Source: Anaerorhabdus sp. (GTDB lineage Bacteria > Bacillota_I > Bacilli_A > Erysipelotrichales > Erysipelotrichaceae). From it: 64,000 nt of DNA. Both the position numbers and the translations under genes were made by a program. Of the stretch, positions 1-9,914 are shown piece after piece. Numbering within the stretch: the first letter of the stretch is position 1; each line of letters opens with the position of its first letter. The DNA lies in assembly GCF_036641015.1 (NCBI RefSeq), contig NZ_JAVWFO010000001.1, positions 16,596 to 80,595 on the forward strand, written 5' to 3'. The notes under the pieces were generated by a model, which saw only the letters and a program-made list of their open reading frames with translations, did not search any database and was not told the origin of the DNA.

Positions 1-1178
1 AAATCTTTTCCTGCAGCTTTACATGCTTTCGCTAAAGCTTCTTCACTTTTATTCCAAACTTCAATTTCTCCAATATATTTTTCTTCAGGACGAGTACTTA
101 ATTCAATCGAATAATCTAATCCAAATACTCCATAGAAACGATCGATAAACGAAATTAACGATACTACTTCACTCTCAATTTGATCATATGTCATATAAAT
201 ATGAGCATCATCTTGAGTAAAAGTACGAACGCGGAATAAACCATTTAAAGCTCCACTTGCTTCATGTCTATGTACTTGCCCAAGTTCTCCCATACGTAAA
301 GGTAAATCTTTGTATGAGTGTAACCCATTTTTAAATACCAATAGACTTCCTGGACAATTCATTGGTTTAATCGCAAATTCGCGGTCATCTACATCCGAGA
401 TGTACATGTTTTCACGATAGTTAAACCAGTGTCCTGAAACTTCCCATAATTCCTTTGACATCATTATAGGAGTTTTAATGAATACATAGTTTTCCTTTGT
501 ATGTTCATCATACCAAAAACGTTCAAGAATATTACGTACTATCATTCCATTTGGCAAGAAGAAAGGCATACCCGGAGCATATTCACTCATCATGAATAAA
601 TCAAGTTCTCTACCCAATTTTTTGTGATCACGTTTCTTAGCTTCTTCTAATAAATATAAATGTTCATTTAAATCTTCTTCAATTTCGAAACAAATGCCAT
701 AAACGCGTTGAAGCATTTTATTACTAGCATCGCCCTTCCAATAAGCACCAGATACTTTTAATAGTTTGAAATGTTTTAGCTCTTTAACAGATTCAACGTG
801 AGGTCCTCTACATAAATCAACAAATTCACCTTGGCGATAACAAGTAATAACTGTATCATCTTCATTCATGTGTGATATTAAATCGATTTTATAAGGATCA
901 TCTTTAAACATTTCTAAAGCATCACTTTTAGACAATTCTTCTCTTACAATACGTTTACCATCTTTTGAAATTTTCTTCATTTCTTTTTCAATTTTTGCTA
1001 AATCTTCTTCTTTAAGTGATACATCACCTAAATCGATATCATAATAAAATCCATCAGTAATAACTGGTCCAACCCAAAACATTGCATTTGGATATAATCT
1101 CTTTACCGCTTGTGCAAGTAAGTGAGCACAACTGTGATTTAATACATTTAACTTTTCATTTTCTTTAATGTTTATCAT
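1..1178 (-). CDS. thrS: Threonine--tRNA ligase (3' end runs off window; short form without N-terminal TGS domain)
   Basis: Not in ORF track. Hand translation from ATG at 1178 (SD AGGAGG) gives MINIKENEKLNVLNHSCAHLLAQAVKRLYP..GPVITDGFYYD..DLCRGPHV..RDHKKLG..KPMNCPG..RVRTFTQDDAH; Thr T-box upstream. Confidence 0.97.
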   Translation of the reverse strand, partial: MINIKENEKLNVLNHSCAHLLAQAVKRLYPNAMFWVGPVITDGFYYDIDLGDVSLKEEDLAKIEKEMKKISKDGKRIVREELSKSDALEMFKDDPYKIDLISHMNEDDTVITCYRQGEFVDLCRGPHVESVKELKHFKLLKVSGAYWKGDASNKMLQRVYGICFEIEEDLNEHLYLLEEAKKRDHKKLGRELDLFMMSEYAPGMPFFLPNGMIVRNILERFWYDEHTKENYVFIKTPIMMSKELWEVSGHWFNYRENMYISDVDDREFAIKPMNCPGSLLVFKNGLHSYKDLPLRMGELGQVHRHEASGALNGLFRVRTFTQDDAHIYMTYDQIESEVVSLISFIDRFYGVFGLDYSIELSTRPEEKYIGEIEVWNKSEEALAKACKAAGKD

Positions 1179-1196
1179 AAATTTCTCCTCCTAAAC

Positions 1197-1405
1197 AAAT
1201 AAAAAACGCCCTTAACAAAAGGACGTATAACTACGCGGTACCACCTTAATTCATAATCAAAAGATTATGCGCTCGTACATGTAACGGCTGTTAACCGGCA
1301 TCTTTTCAAAGATGCTACTCCCAAGTGGTAATGTGTCAATTCATCAATAACCTTTCACCTACCGGCTATCTCTCTTATCTGAATTTGAAACATCATGTCT
1401 TGTTC
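1197..1405 (-). promoter_or_regulatory. T-box riboswitch (Thr, specifier ACC)
   Basis: Minus strand AATTAAGGTGGTACCGCG T-box (~1234-1251), terminator ACGTCCTT..AAGGGCGTTTTTT, stem I AGAGA..GGTGAAA motif, ACC at 1327-1329. Confidence 0.93.
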
Positions 1406-1420
1406 TATGTATATGTTAAT

Positions 1421-1449
1421 AGTTTAGTCTTTACTTAATCGTTTGTCAA
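1421..1449 (-). promoter_or_regulatory. SigA promoter of thrS leader
   Basis: TTGACA-17 nt-TAAACT on minus strand just upstream of the T-box. Confidence 0.75.
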
Positions 1450-1559
1450 TATTATTGACCTCATTCGTAGATTATTAAGTTAAATTGGAAAGTTACTAAT
1501 ATTACTAACTTGACCTAAATAAAACGATTTAAATGTGAATTAATAATTTAATTATAAAA

Positions 1560-1588
1560 AAGAAAAGAACTGTTAATACTAACAGTTC
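1560..1588 (-). terminator. Intrinsic terminator after ppdK
   Basis: GAACTGTTA/TAACAGTTC 9-bp hairpin followed by a U-rich run on minus strand. Confidence 0.8.
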
Positions 1589-1600
1589 CAATCATATAAT

Positions 1601-2065
1601 TTATTTTTTAGTTACTTTTTTAGCTACAGCCTTCTTAGCTACTGCTTTTTTAGCAACTGGTTTCTTAGCAACTGCTTTTTTAACTACTGCTTTTTTAGCA
1701 ACAGGTTTTTTAGCTTCTGCTTTTTTAGCTACCGGTTTCTTTGCTACAGCTTTTTTAACTACAGCCTTTTTAGCAACAGGTTTTTTTGCTACAGCTTTTT
1801 TAGCAACTGGTTTCTTTGCAACTGCTTTTTTAGCAACTGGTTTTTTTGCTACAGCTTTTTTAGCAACTGCTTTTTTAACTACTGCTTTTTTAGCAACAGG
1901 TTTTTTAGCTTCTGCTTTTTTAGCTACCGGTTTCTTTGCTACAGCTTTTTTAGCTACAGCCTTTTTAGCAACTGGTTTCTTTGCTTCTGCTTTTTTAGCA
2001 ACTGGCTTTTTAGCTACAGCCTTTTTAGCAACAGGTTTTTTAGCTGCTGTTTTCTTTTCTGCCAT
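1601..2065 (-). CDS. Putative nested in-frame histone H1/HctB-like protein (154 aa, [10 protein letters not shown]...)
   Basis: AAAAAGGAGG SD 8 nt before in-frame ATG at 2065; 29 KKxxx pentapeptides, ~40% Lys. Confidence 0.6.
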   Translation of the reverse strand: MAEKKTAAKKPVAKKAVAKKPVAKKAEAKKPVAKKAVAKKAVAKKPVAKKAEAKKPVAKKAVVKKAVAKKAVAKKPVAKKAVAKKPVAKKAVAKKPVAKKAVVKKAVAKKPVAKKAEAKKPVAKKAVVKKAVAKKPVAKKAVAKKAVAKKVTKK

Positions 2066-4726
2066 TCTATTAGCCTCCTTTTTAGCATTTTGTTCCAAAT
2101 CACATTTGATTGCAGCTTGAGCTGCAGCCAATCTAGCAATTGGCACACGATATGGAGAACAAGATACATAAGTCAATCCTACACGGTGACAGAACTCAAT
2201 AGAGCTTGGATCCCCTCCATGCTCACCGCATATGCCCAATTTAATATTTGGACGAGTTTGTCTGCCTAATGTTGCAGCCATCTCGACTAACTTACCAACA
2301 CCTTTTTGGTCTAATCTTGCAAAAGGATCTTGCTCATAGATTTTCTTATCATAATAATCTGATAAGAATTGACCAGCGTCATCACGACTAAATCCAAATG
2401 TCATTTGTGTTAAGTCGTTTGTTCCAAAACTGAAGAATTCAGCTTCTGTTGCAATTTCATTTGCAAGTAATGCAGCTCTTGGAATTTCAATCATAGTACC
2501 AACCATATATTTTAGTTTAGCACCAGTTTGTTTAATGATTTCATCAGCTGTTTTAATTACGATATCTTTTACATATTTAAGTTCGTTAACATCACCGATT
2601 AATGGAATCATAATTTCAGGAACAATATTGTATTTTGGATGTTTACTGTTAACATTAATCGCTGCTTCAATAACTGCGCGTGTTTGCATTTCAGCAATTT
2701 CAGGATATGTAACACTTAAACGACATCCACGATGTCCCATCATTGGATTAAATTCATGTAAAGAAGCAATAACTTGTTTTAATTCATTAACAGTCATTTT
2801 CATTTCATGAGCTAAATCTTCAATGTCTTTTTCGTTAGTTGGTAAGAATTCATGTAGAGGTGGATCTAAGTAACGAATAGTTACCGGACGATCTTCCATA
2901 ACTTCATAAATTCCTTCAAAGTCACTTCGTTGCATTGGAAGTAATTTTTCTAATGCAGCACGACGATGAGCCTCATCATCAGAAACTATCATTTCACGCA
3001 TTGCTTTAATACGATTAGCATCAAAGAACATATGTTCTGTACGTACAAGACCAATACCTTGTGCTCCAAATAAGATTGCTTGTCTAGCATCATTTGGTGT
3101 ATCAGCATTAGTTCTAACTTTCAATGTACGACGAGCATCTGCCCATTTCATAAATGTATCAAAGTCACCAGAAATTGATGCAGGAACAGTCTTTATAGCT
3201 TGTCCGTAAATATTTCCTGTAGAACCATCTAAGGAAATGAAGTCACCTTCATGATATTTACTACCAGCCACTTCAAAATAGTGACCCTTTTCATTAATTT
3301 TAATTTCACCACATCCAGATATACAGCAACGACCCATACCACGAGCCACTACTGCAGCATGAGATGTCATACCACCACGTACTGTTAAGATACCTTGAGC
3401 AACATGCATACCTTCAATATCTTCAGGACTTGTTTCTAAACGAACAAGGATAACTTTCTTTCCTTTGTTAGTTTCAGTAATTGCATCCTCTGCAGTAAAT
3501 ACTATTTGACCACATGCAGCTCCTGGAGATGCAGGTAATGCACTAGCAATTGGTTTAACTGCTTGAAGTTCGTAAGAATCAAATTGAGGATGTAATAAAG
3601 AGTCTAATGATTTAGGATCAACCATCATTAATGCTTGATCTTTAGTAATTAGTTTTTCTTTAACCATATCACATGCAATTTTTAAAGCTGCTGCTGCAGT
3701 ACGTTTACCATTACGAGTTTGAAGCATGTACAATGTACCTTCTTCAATAGTAAACTCCATATCTTGCATATCTTTATAATGTTTCTCTAAACGAGAACAA
3801 ATTTGTGTAAATTGAGTATATGCTTTAGGCATAATATTTTTAAGTTCATTAATTGTTTGAGGAGTACGAATACCTGCAACTACGTCTTCCCCTTGAGCAT
3901 TCATTAAGAATTCTCCAAAAAGCTTATTTTCTCCAGTAGCTGGGTTTCTTGTAAATGCAACACCAGTACCGCAATTGTCACCCATGTTTCCAAATACCAT
4001 CGATTGAATATTAACAGCTGTTCCCCATGAACTAGGAATATCATTCATTTTACGATAATAAATTGCACGAGGATTATTCCAAGATTTAAATACTGCTTCA
4101 ACTGATTTAACAAGTTGAATTTTTGCATCTGTTGGGAAATCTTCTTTTAAATTTTCACGATAGAAAACTTTAAACTTAGCTACAAGTTCTTTTAAATCAT
4201 CAGCTGTAAGTTCTGTATCTAACTTAACACGCTTTTCATCTTTCATTTCATCAATTAATTCTTCGAAACGACTCTTTGGTAATCCCATAACAACATCAGC
4301 AAACATTTGGATAAAACGTCGATAGCTATCATAAGCAAATCGTGGATTATTTGTTTTTGCTGCAATTGTTTCAACAACTTCATCATTAATACCTAGATTT
4401 AGAATTGTATCCATCATTCCAGGCATTGATGCACGTGAACCAGATCTTACTGAAACAAGAAGTGGATTATCTTTGCTTCCCATTTTTTTACCAGTAAGTT
4501 TTTCTAATGCTTCTACATTTTGGAAAATTTCTTTTTGAATTGCTTCGCTAATTTTTTCTCCATCATCATAGTAAGCAGTACATGCTTCTGTTGTAATAGT
4601 AAATCCTTGTGGTACAGGCATTCCTAATGTTGTCATTTCTGCAAGATTAGCTCCTTTACCTCCCAAAAGGTTACGCATTGTTCCATTACCTTCTGAGAAT
4701 TTGTAAACGTATTTTTTTGTGGCCAT
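1601..4726 (-). CDS. ppdK: Pyruvate, phosphate dikinase with C-terminal Lys/Ala-rich histone-like extension
   Basis: [38 protein letters not shown] (phospho-His), [19 protein letters not shown]; PPDK-like sequence ends at [10 protein letters not shown], then a short linker and the repeat tail. Confidence 0.98.
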   Translation of the reverse strand: MATKKYVYKFSEGNGTMRNLLGGKGANLAEMTTLGMPVPQGFTITTEACTAYYDDGEKISEAIQKEIFQNVEALEKLTGKKMGSKDNPLLVSVRSGSRASMPGMMDTILNLGINDEVVETIAAKTNNPRFAYDSYRRFIQMFADVVMGLPKSRFEELIDEMKDEKRVKLDTELTADDLKELVAKFKVFYRENLKEDFPTDAKIQLVKSVEAVFKSWNNPRAIYYRKMNDIPSSWGTAVNIQSMVFGNMGDNCGTGVAFTRNPATGENKLFGEFLMNAQGEDVVAGIRTPQTINELKNIMPKAYTQFTQICSRLEKHYKDMQDMEFTIEEGTLYMLQTRNGKRTAAAALKIACDMVKEKLITKDQALMMVDPKSLDSLLHPQFDSYELQAVKPIASALPASPGAACGQIVFTAEDAITETNKGKKVILVRLETSPEDIEGMHVAQGILTVRGGMTSHAAVVARGMGRCCISGCGEIKINEKGHYFEVAGSKYHEGDFISLDGSTGNIYGQAIKTVPASISGDFDTFMKWADARRTLKVRTNADTPNDARQAILFGAQGIGLVRTEHMFFDANRIKAMREMIVSDDEAHRRAALEKLLPMQRSDFEGIYEVMEDRPVTIRYLDPPLHEFLPTNEKDIEDLAHEMKMTVNELKQVIASLHEFNPMMGHRGCRLSVTYPEIAEMQTRAVIEAAINVNSKHPKYNIVPEIMIPLIGDVNELKYVKDIVIKTADEIIKQTGAKLKYMVGTMIEIPRAALLANEIATEAEFFSFGTNDLTQMTFGFSRDDAGQFLSDYYDKKIYEQDPFARLDQKGVGKLVEMAATLGRQTRPNIKLGICGEHGGDPSSIEFCHRVGLTYVSCSPYRVPIARLAAAQAAIKCDLEQNAKKEANRMAEKKTAAKKPVAKKAVAKKPVAKKAEAKKPVAKKAVAKKAVAKKPVAKKAEAKKPVAKKAVVKKAVAKKAVAKKPVAKKAVAKKPVAKKAVAKKPVAKKAVVKKAVAKKPVAKKAEAKKPVAKKAVVKKAVAKKPVAKKAVAKKAVAKKVTKK
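1604..2056 (-). repeat. Coding 15-bp tandem repeat ([20 protein letters not shown])
   Basis: ~29 degenerate 15-bp units with synonymous codon variation. Confidence 0.95.
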
Positions 4727-4828
4727 ACTTTCCTCCTATTTAATTATATGAACTTAATTTAAACGGTTACATTTAACTCTATTCTTATAATAAACTATTC
4801 AAAGTTTTTTAACAACCAAAAAATTCAT

Positions 4829-5770
4829 TTAATTTTCATTTAAATGAGCATTAACAAATTCAAAAACTTTTTCAAAATATTTTTTATCTAAAAATGACTC
4901 AGCATGTTTAGATTCTTGGAACGTACATAATTCTTTTTCTGCTGTACATGAATAGAACAAATCAAAGACCATTTCAAATGGTGCAAAGCAATCTAATTCA
5001 CCATGCAAAAATAAAGTTGGTGTATTTGATTGTTTGACTTGTTTAAGTGCATTACCTTCATATAGTGAATAATTCATTTTAGATTTACATAAAAAATTAA
5101 CACCTGGCACTAGTGCACCTAAAGGAACTTTCAAATAATTTTTAATTTGAAATTTTAATAAATCTTCAATTGATGAGTAAGCACAATCTGAAATTGCACA
5201 AACTACATTATCTGGTAAAAATTCACCTGTAGCATTTAATACAGTTGTCGCACCAAGAGAAGTCCCATGCAATACAATCTTCGCATCATTATTTTGTTTG
5301 ATAATAAAATTGATCCAATCAATTAAATCATAATGTTCTTTCCATCCAAGTGTAGTGTATTCCCCTTCACTCTTACCATATGCACGTTGATCAATAATCA
5401 AACAGTTATATCCTTCTTCATAATATTTTTTAGGAATATCTAAAACTTGTGTTCCAAAAAAATCATATGCATGTAGTGAAATTACCCAGTTATTTGATTT
5501 GTCATTGTTAACTTGCACACCACTAAGTTTTAATCCATCATATGAAAGAATCTCTACTTCATGTTTATCAACATTTTCAAACCAAATATCATTGTCTTTC
5601 TTCGTAATTAACGAATTAGAAAATTCCAAATAACTTGGATTTTTTTTGCGTTTAAATACTTTTGTAAAAATATATGCACAAGTTGCACAATATGTTGCAC
5701 CTACTGCAAGCGTTACACCTGCTGTAACAGCTAAAACTTTTCCTACTTTACTTCCATTTTTTTCTGCCAT
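4829..5770 (-). CDS. Alpha/beta hydrolase, N-terminal membrane anchor (YqkD-like)
   Basis: HGTSLG nucleophile motif, DQRAYGKSEG, PTLFLHGELD, C-terminal His. Confidence 0.88.
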   Translation of the reverse strand: MAEKNGSKVGKVLAVTAGVTLAVGATYCATCAYIFTKVFKRKKNPSYLEFSNSLITKKDNDIWFENVDKHEVEILSYDGLKLSGVQVNNDKSNNWVISLHAYDFFGTQVLDIPKKYYEEGYNCLIIDQRAYGKSEGEYTTLGWKEHYDLIDWINFIIKQNNDAKIVLHGTSLGATTVLNATGEFLPDNVVCAISDCAYSSIEDLLKFQIKNYLKVPLGALVPGVNFLCKSKMNYSLYEGNALKQVKQSNTPTLFLHGELDCFAPFEMVFDLFYSCTAEKELCTFQESKHAESFLDKKYFEKVFEFVNAHLNEN

Positions 5771-5826
5771 ACTTTCCTCCGTAAAAAGAAAAGGAGAAGA
5801 CCATAAAAGAATAACAGTTGTTAATT

Positions 5827-5850
5827 CTAATTTAAGTTCTTTCTCCTCAT
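5827..5850 (-). other. Putative leader peptide MRRKNLN
   Basis: AGGTGA SD then ATGAGGAGAAAGAACTTAAATTAG between valS and the hydrolase. Confidence 0.35.
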
Positions 5851-5881
5851 ATTTATCACCTATTAATATTTAATGATAAAT

Positions 5882-8494
5882 TTATTTGGAAGTCAATTCT
5901 TTTAAGCGATTTGATACGATTTCATAGCGATTTTTATAGTTTTCTAACTTATTTTTTTCTTCATCAACTTTATTTGCTGATGCTTTAGAAATAAAGTTTT
6001 CATTTGACAACATTTTTTCGCCACGATTAATTTCTTTTTCTAATGATTCTTTTTCTTTGTTTAATTTTGAAATTTCTTCTTCAACATTGATAACTTCATT
6101 TAAAGGAAGAGATAAAGATCCTCCTTCAATAGGTCTAACCATTAATTCATCATCAATAAATTCAACCCATGTTGCTTTACACATTTTTTCTAAAATTGAT
6201 GCAACTTCCTTATCATATTCTTTGTTTGTTCCACCTAATGATTGAATTATAACACGTAATGGAGTAGATGGTTTTAAATCGTTATCAACTTTTATCTGAC
6301 GTATAGTCGTTATAATTTCAATTAGTTGATTTACTTCAATTGCTTTTTTATCATCTATATCTTTAATTTGTTTTGGCCAAGATGCAACACAAATCGAATC
6401 ATCTGTATTGTGTAAAGATTGATAAATTTCTTCCGTCACAAATGGCATGAATGGATGTAATAATTTAATTATTGCATCTAACATACTTACTAGTGTATTA
6501 ATAGTAGCTAGCTTAGTAGTTTCATTATCACTATTTAATCCAGATTTGCTAAATTCAATATACCAACTACAGAAATCATTCCATACAAAGTTATAAAGTT
6601 CATTACCAACAATTGCAAATTCATATTTATCCATATTTATATTTGTATGTTCAAGTACTTGATTAAATCTTTGTAATATCCAATTATCTGTCATTGAAAG
6701 ATTTTCTAATTTACATTCTAAGGTATTAAATTTTTCTGGTATGTTCATCATTACAAATCGTGATGCATTCCAAATTTTATTTATAAAATTCCACGAAGCT
6801 TCAACTTTACTTGGAACATAACGCATATCTTGTCCAGGAGTAGAATTAGTAGTTAAGAAGAATCTTAATGAATCTACACCATATTCAGAAATTACATCCA
6901 TTGGATCAATTCCATTTCCTAAAGACTTACTCATCTTGCGACCTTGCTCATCACGTATCAATCCATGAATTAAACAATCTTTGAATGGATATGAATTCGT
7001 AAAATGTCTAGCTTGGAAAGCCATACGAGCTACCCAAAAGAAAATTATATCATAGCCAGTTACCATACAGTTTGTTGGATAATAACGTTGCAAATCAGCG
7101 GTATCAGTTGGCCATCCTAATGTGCTAAATGGCCATAATGCACTTGAGAACCATGTATCCAATACATCTTCATCTTGAGTCCAATTTTCAATATCTTTTG
7201 GAGCCTCTAGTCCAACATAAATTTCACCAGTTTCATTATGATACCAAGCAGGTATACGATGACCCCACCATAGTTGTCGTGAAATACACCAATCTTCAAT
7301 ATTTTCTAACCATTGATTAAATGTATTTTCAAATCGTTGTGGATAAAAATTAATTTTTTGTTCTAGATTTTGTTGGTTTTTTAATACGTCATCAGCAAGT
7401 GGTTTCATCTTTACAAACCATTGTTTTGACAAATATGGTTCAACAATAACATCAGTTCTTTCTGAATGTCCAACTTGATGAATATGTTTTTCAATAGATA
7501 CTAAGTTTCCTTCTTTTTCAATACGATCTGTTAAAGCTTTACGACAAACAAAACGATCCATGCCATTAAATTCACCAGCCAATTCATTCATAGTCCCATC
7601 AGGATTCATACAAACGATTTTCGGTAAGTTATGACGTTCAGCAATTTGAAAGTCATTAGGGTCATGTGCTGGTGTACACTTCATTGCTCCTGTACCAAAT
7701 CCAATTTCAATATAATCATCAGCAATAATTGGTAAAGCTTCTCCATTTGCAGGGTTTATTGCATGTTTACCAATTAAATGTTTATATTTCTCATCTTCTG
7801 GATGAACAACTACACAAACATCACCAAACATAGTTTCAGGACGAGTAGTTGCAACATTAAATGAATCATTAGTTTCAACTACCTTATAGTTAAATGTATA
7901 AAAAGCCCCTTCAACTTCTTTATGAATTACTTCAATATTACTTAGTGCTGTTTTAGCTTTCGGATCCCAGTTAATTATACGTTCACCTTGGTAAATTAAG
8001 CCTTCATTGTATAAATCACAGAATACCTTTGTAACAGCTTTATTAAGACCTTCATCTAGTGTAAAACGTTCACGTGAATAGTCAACAGAGTTACCAAGTT
8101 TTGCCCATTGTTCACGGATATGACCTGCATATTCTTCCTTCCATTGCCAAGCACGATCCAAGAATTTTTCTCTTCCTAAATCATAACGACTAATACCTTC
8201 ATCTTTAAGTCTTGCATCAACTTTTGCTTGAGTTGCGATTCCTGCATGATCCATACCAGGAAGATATAACATGTCAAAACCTTGTAGTCGTTTATAACGT
8301 GAAATAATATCTTGTAAAGTATTATCCCAAGCATGTCCTAAATGTAATTTGCCTGTTACATTTGGTGGTGGTATTACAATTGTAAAAGGATCTTTACTTT
8401 TATCACCAGCTTTAAAATATCCTTTTTCAACCCATTTATTGTACTTGTCAGTCTCTACTTCAAGATGATTATACTTTGCATTTAATTCTTTCAT
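5882..8494 (-). CDS. valS: Valine--tRNA ligase
   Basis: PPPNVTGKLHLGH (HIGH), WCISRQLWWGH, DVLDTWFSS, KMSKS, C-terminal coiled arm. Confidence 0.99.
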   Translation of the reverse strand: MKELNAKYNHLEVETDKYNKWVEKGYFKAGDKSKDPFTIVIPPPNVTGKLHLGHAWDNTLQDIISRYKRLQGFDMLYLPGMDHAGIATQAKVDARLKDEGISRYDLGREKFLDRAWQWKEEYAGHIREQWAKLGNSVDYSRERFTLDEGLNKAVTKVFCDLYNEGLIYQGERIINWDPKAKTALSNIEVIHKEVEGAFYTFNYKVVETNDSFNVATTRPETMFGDVCVVVHPEDEKYKHLIGKHAINPANGEALPIIADDYIEIGFGTGAMKCTPAHDPNDFQIAERHNLPKIVCMNPDGTMNELAGEFNGMDRFVCRKALTDRIEKEGNLVSIEKHIHQVGHSERTDVIVEPYLSKQWFVKMKPLADDVLKNQQNLEQKINFYPQRFENTFNQWLENIEDWCISRQLWWGHRIPAWYHNETGEIYVGLEAPKDIENWTQDEDVLDTWFSSALWPFSTLGWPTDTADLQRYYPTNCMVTGYDIIFFWVARMAFQARHFTNSYPFKDCLIHGLIRDEQGRKMSKSLGNGIDPMDVISEYGVDSLRFFLTTNSTPGQDMRYVPSKVEASWNFINKIWNASRFVMMNIPEKFNTLECKLENLSMTDNWILQRFNQVLEHTNINMDKYEFAIVGNELYNFVWNDFCSWYIEFSKSGLNSDNETTKLATINTLVSMLDAIIKLLHPFMPFVTEEIYQSLHNTDDSICVASWPKQIKDIDDKKAIEVNQLIEIITTIRQIKVDNDLKPSTPLRVIIQSLGGTNKEYDKEVASILEKMCKATWVEFIDDELMVRPIEGGSLSLPLNEVINVEEEISKLNKEKESLEKEINRGEKMLSNENFISKASANKVDEEKNKLENYKNRYEIVSNRLKELTSK

Positions 8495-8495
8495 A

Positions 8496-9047
8496 TTATT
8501 TTATCTCCTCAAATTCATTTTTAAACATTGAATATATTTTTTTATCATGGTATTTACCCTTACCATCTTTCATTTGCTGTCTAAGTATACCATCAAAATG
8601 AAATCCTACTTTTTCAATAACACGTTGACTCTTAGTATTTTCTACAAAATGACCGATATCAATTCTTCTAAGTTCTAAATCATTAAAACCAAATTCAAGT
8701 AAACCTTTAACAGCTTCTTTCATATAACCTTTACCCCAATATTTTTTCTTGAGTACATATCCGATTTCAGCTGTTTTCTCATCTGGAAAATAATGTACAA
8801 ATTCACACATACCAATCATTTCATGATTTTCTTTAAGTTCAATACAAGTTGCTTCAAACATCGTTGGACTTTCGCGATGCAAAAAGAATTTTTCTAACAC
8901 TTCTTTACTAGCTTCAATTGATGAATGCTTTGGAAATGTCAAATATTCAATGGTTTCATCATCACTTGCATATTCATACATATCTTTAGCATCATTGATT
9001 GTTATTGGTCTAATAATAAGTCTTTCTGTTTCTTTATATATTGTCAT
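8496..9047 (-). CDS. GNAT N-acetyltransferase, RimJ/RimL family
   Basis: ETERLIIRP, AEIGYVL..YWGKGY, N..SQRVIEKVGF. Confidence 0.9.
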   Translation of the reverse strand: MTIYKETERLIIRPITINDAKDMYEYASDDETIEYLTFPKHSSIEASKEVLEKFFLHRESPTMFEATCIELKENHEMIGMCEFVHYFPDEKTAEIGYVLKKKYWGKGYMKEAVKGLLEFGFNDLELRRIDIGHFVENTKSQRVIEKVGFHFDGILRQQMKDGKGKYHDKKIYSMFKNEFEEIK

Positions 9048-9061
9048 ATTTTCCTCCTACC

Positions 9062-9280
9062 AATATAAAAACGCCCTTTAATATAAAAGGACGTTAAATT
9101 ACGCGGTACCACCTTAATTCATAGTATAAAACTATGCACTCAAACTTTTAACGCAAGTATACGGATTCTCCTATTTACTTAGAGAACCAACTCATAGACT
9201 ACTATTCAATAGTTATGCGAGTCTTTTTCAGCAACCAAGACTTCTCTATTTGTCACTAACTATTTACTTCCTTCTAATCA
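9062..9280 (-). promoter_or_regulatory. T-box riboswitch (Val, specifier GTA)
   Basis: AATTAAGGTGGTACCGCG (~9102-9119), terminator ACGTCCTT..AAGGGCGTTTTT, stem I AGAGA..GCTGAAA motif, GTA at 9200-9202. Confidence 0.92.
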
Positions 9281-9311
9281 AAGTTATTAAGATAATTTTA
9301 TCAATCTATAG

Positions 9312-9914
9312 TTAAATGTCAATATTTGATTCATTATTAAGCATATTATCTATAGAATCCCAAAGAGAATCTACACCTTCTTTTGTAATACTACTGAAAT
9401 CAATAATATTACTTAAAGGAACATTTAAAGTCTCACTTATACATTTTTTTAACTTTGCTAACTCACTTCTTTTGCATTTATCTTTTTTAGTCGCACATAC
9501 AAGAATATTCATGTGCAATTCTCTTGCATAATCAATCATTGTAACATCATCATTCGTTGGTTTATGTCGATAATCTACAATAAGTATTAATGCTTTTAAG
9601 TTTTTACGATTACTAAAATATCCATCCATCATTTCACCAAACTGAACTAATTCCTTTTGGCTTCGATGTGCAAATCCATATCCTGGTACATCAACTAACA
9701 TATATTTATTATCTACTTTAAAGAAATTAAGAAATCTTGTTTTCCCTGGAGTATTACCAACATATGCTGCATTTTTACGATTTACTAATGCATTTATTAA
9801 TGAAGATTTCCCGACATTACTGCGACCAGCTAATACAAATTCAGGTAAATCACTTATTGGACAATCCTCAATTTTTGGTGAACTAGTTAGAAACTCTACC
9901 TCATGGTATTTCAT
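9312..9914 (-). CDS. engB: Ribosome biogenesis GTPase YsxC/EngB
   Basis: GRSNVGKSS, PGKT, DVPGYG, TKKD. Confidence 0.96.
   Translation of the reverse strand: MKYHEVEFLTSSPKIEDCPISDLPEFVLAGRSNVGKSSLINALVNRKNAAYVGNTPGKTRFLNFFKVDNKYMLVDVPGYGFAHRSQKELVQFGEMMDGYFSNRKNLKALILIVDYRHKPTNDDVTMIDYARELHMNILVCATKKDKCKRSELAKLKKCISETLNVPLSNIIDFSSITKEGVDSLWDSIDNMLNNESNIDI

Noticed and set aside
1604-2056. 15-bp array as a CRISPR or non-coding repeat
   Set aside because: No unique spacers; unit length is a multiple of 3 and it lies in a coding frame
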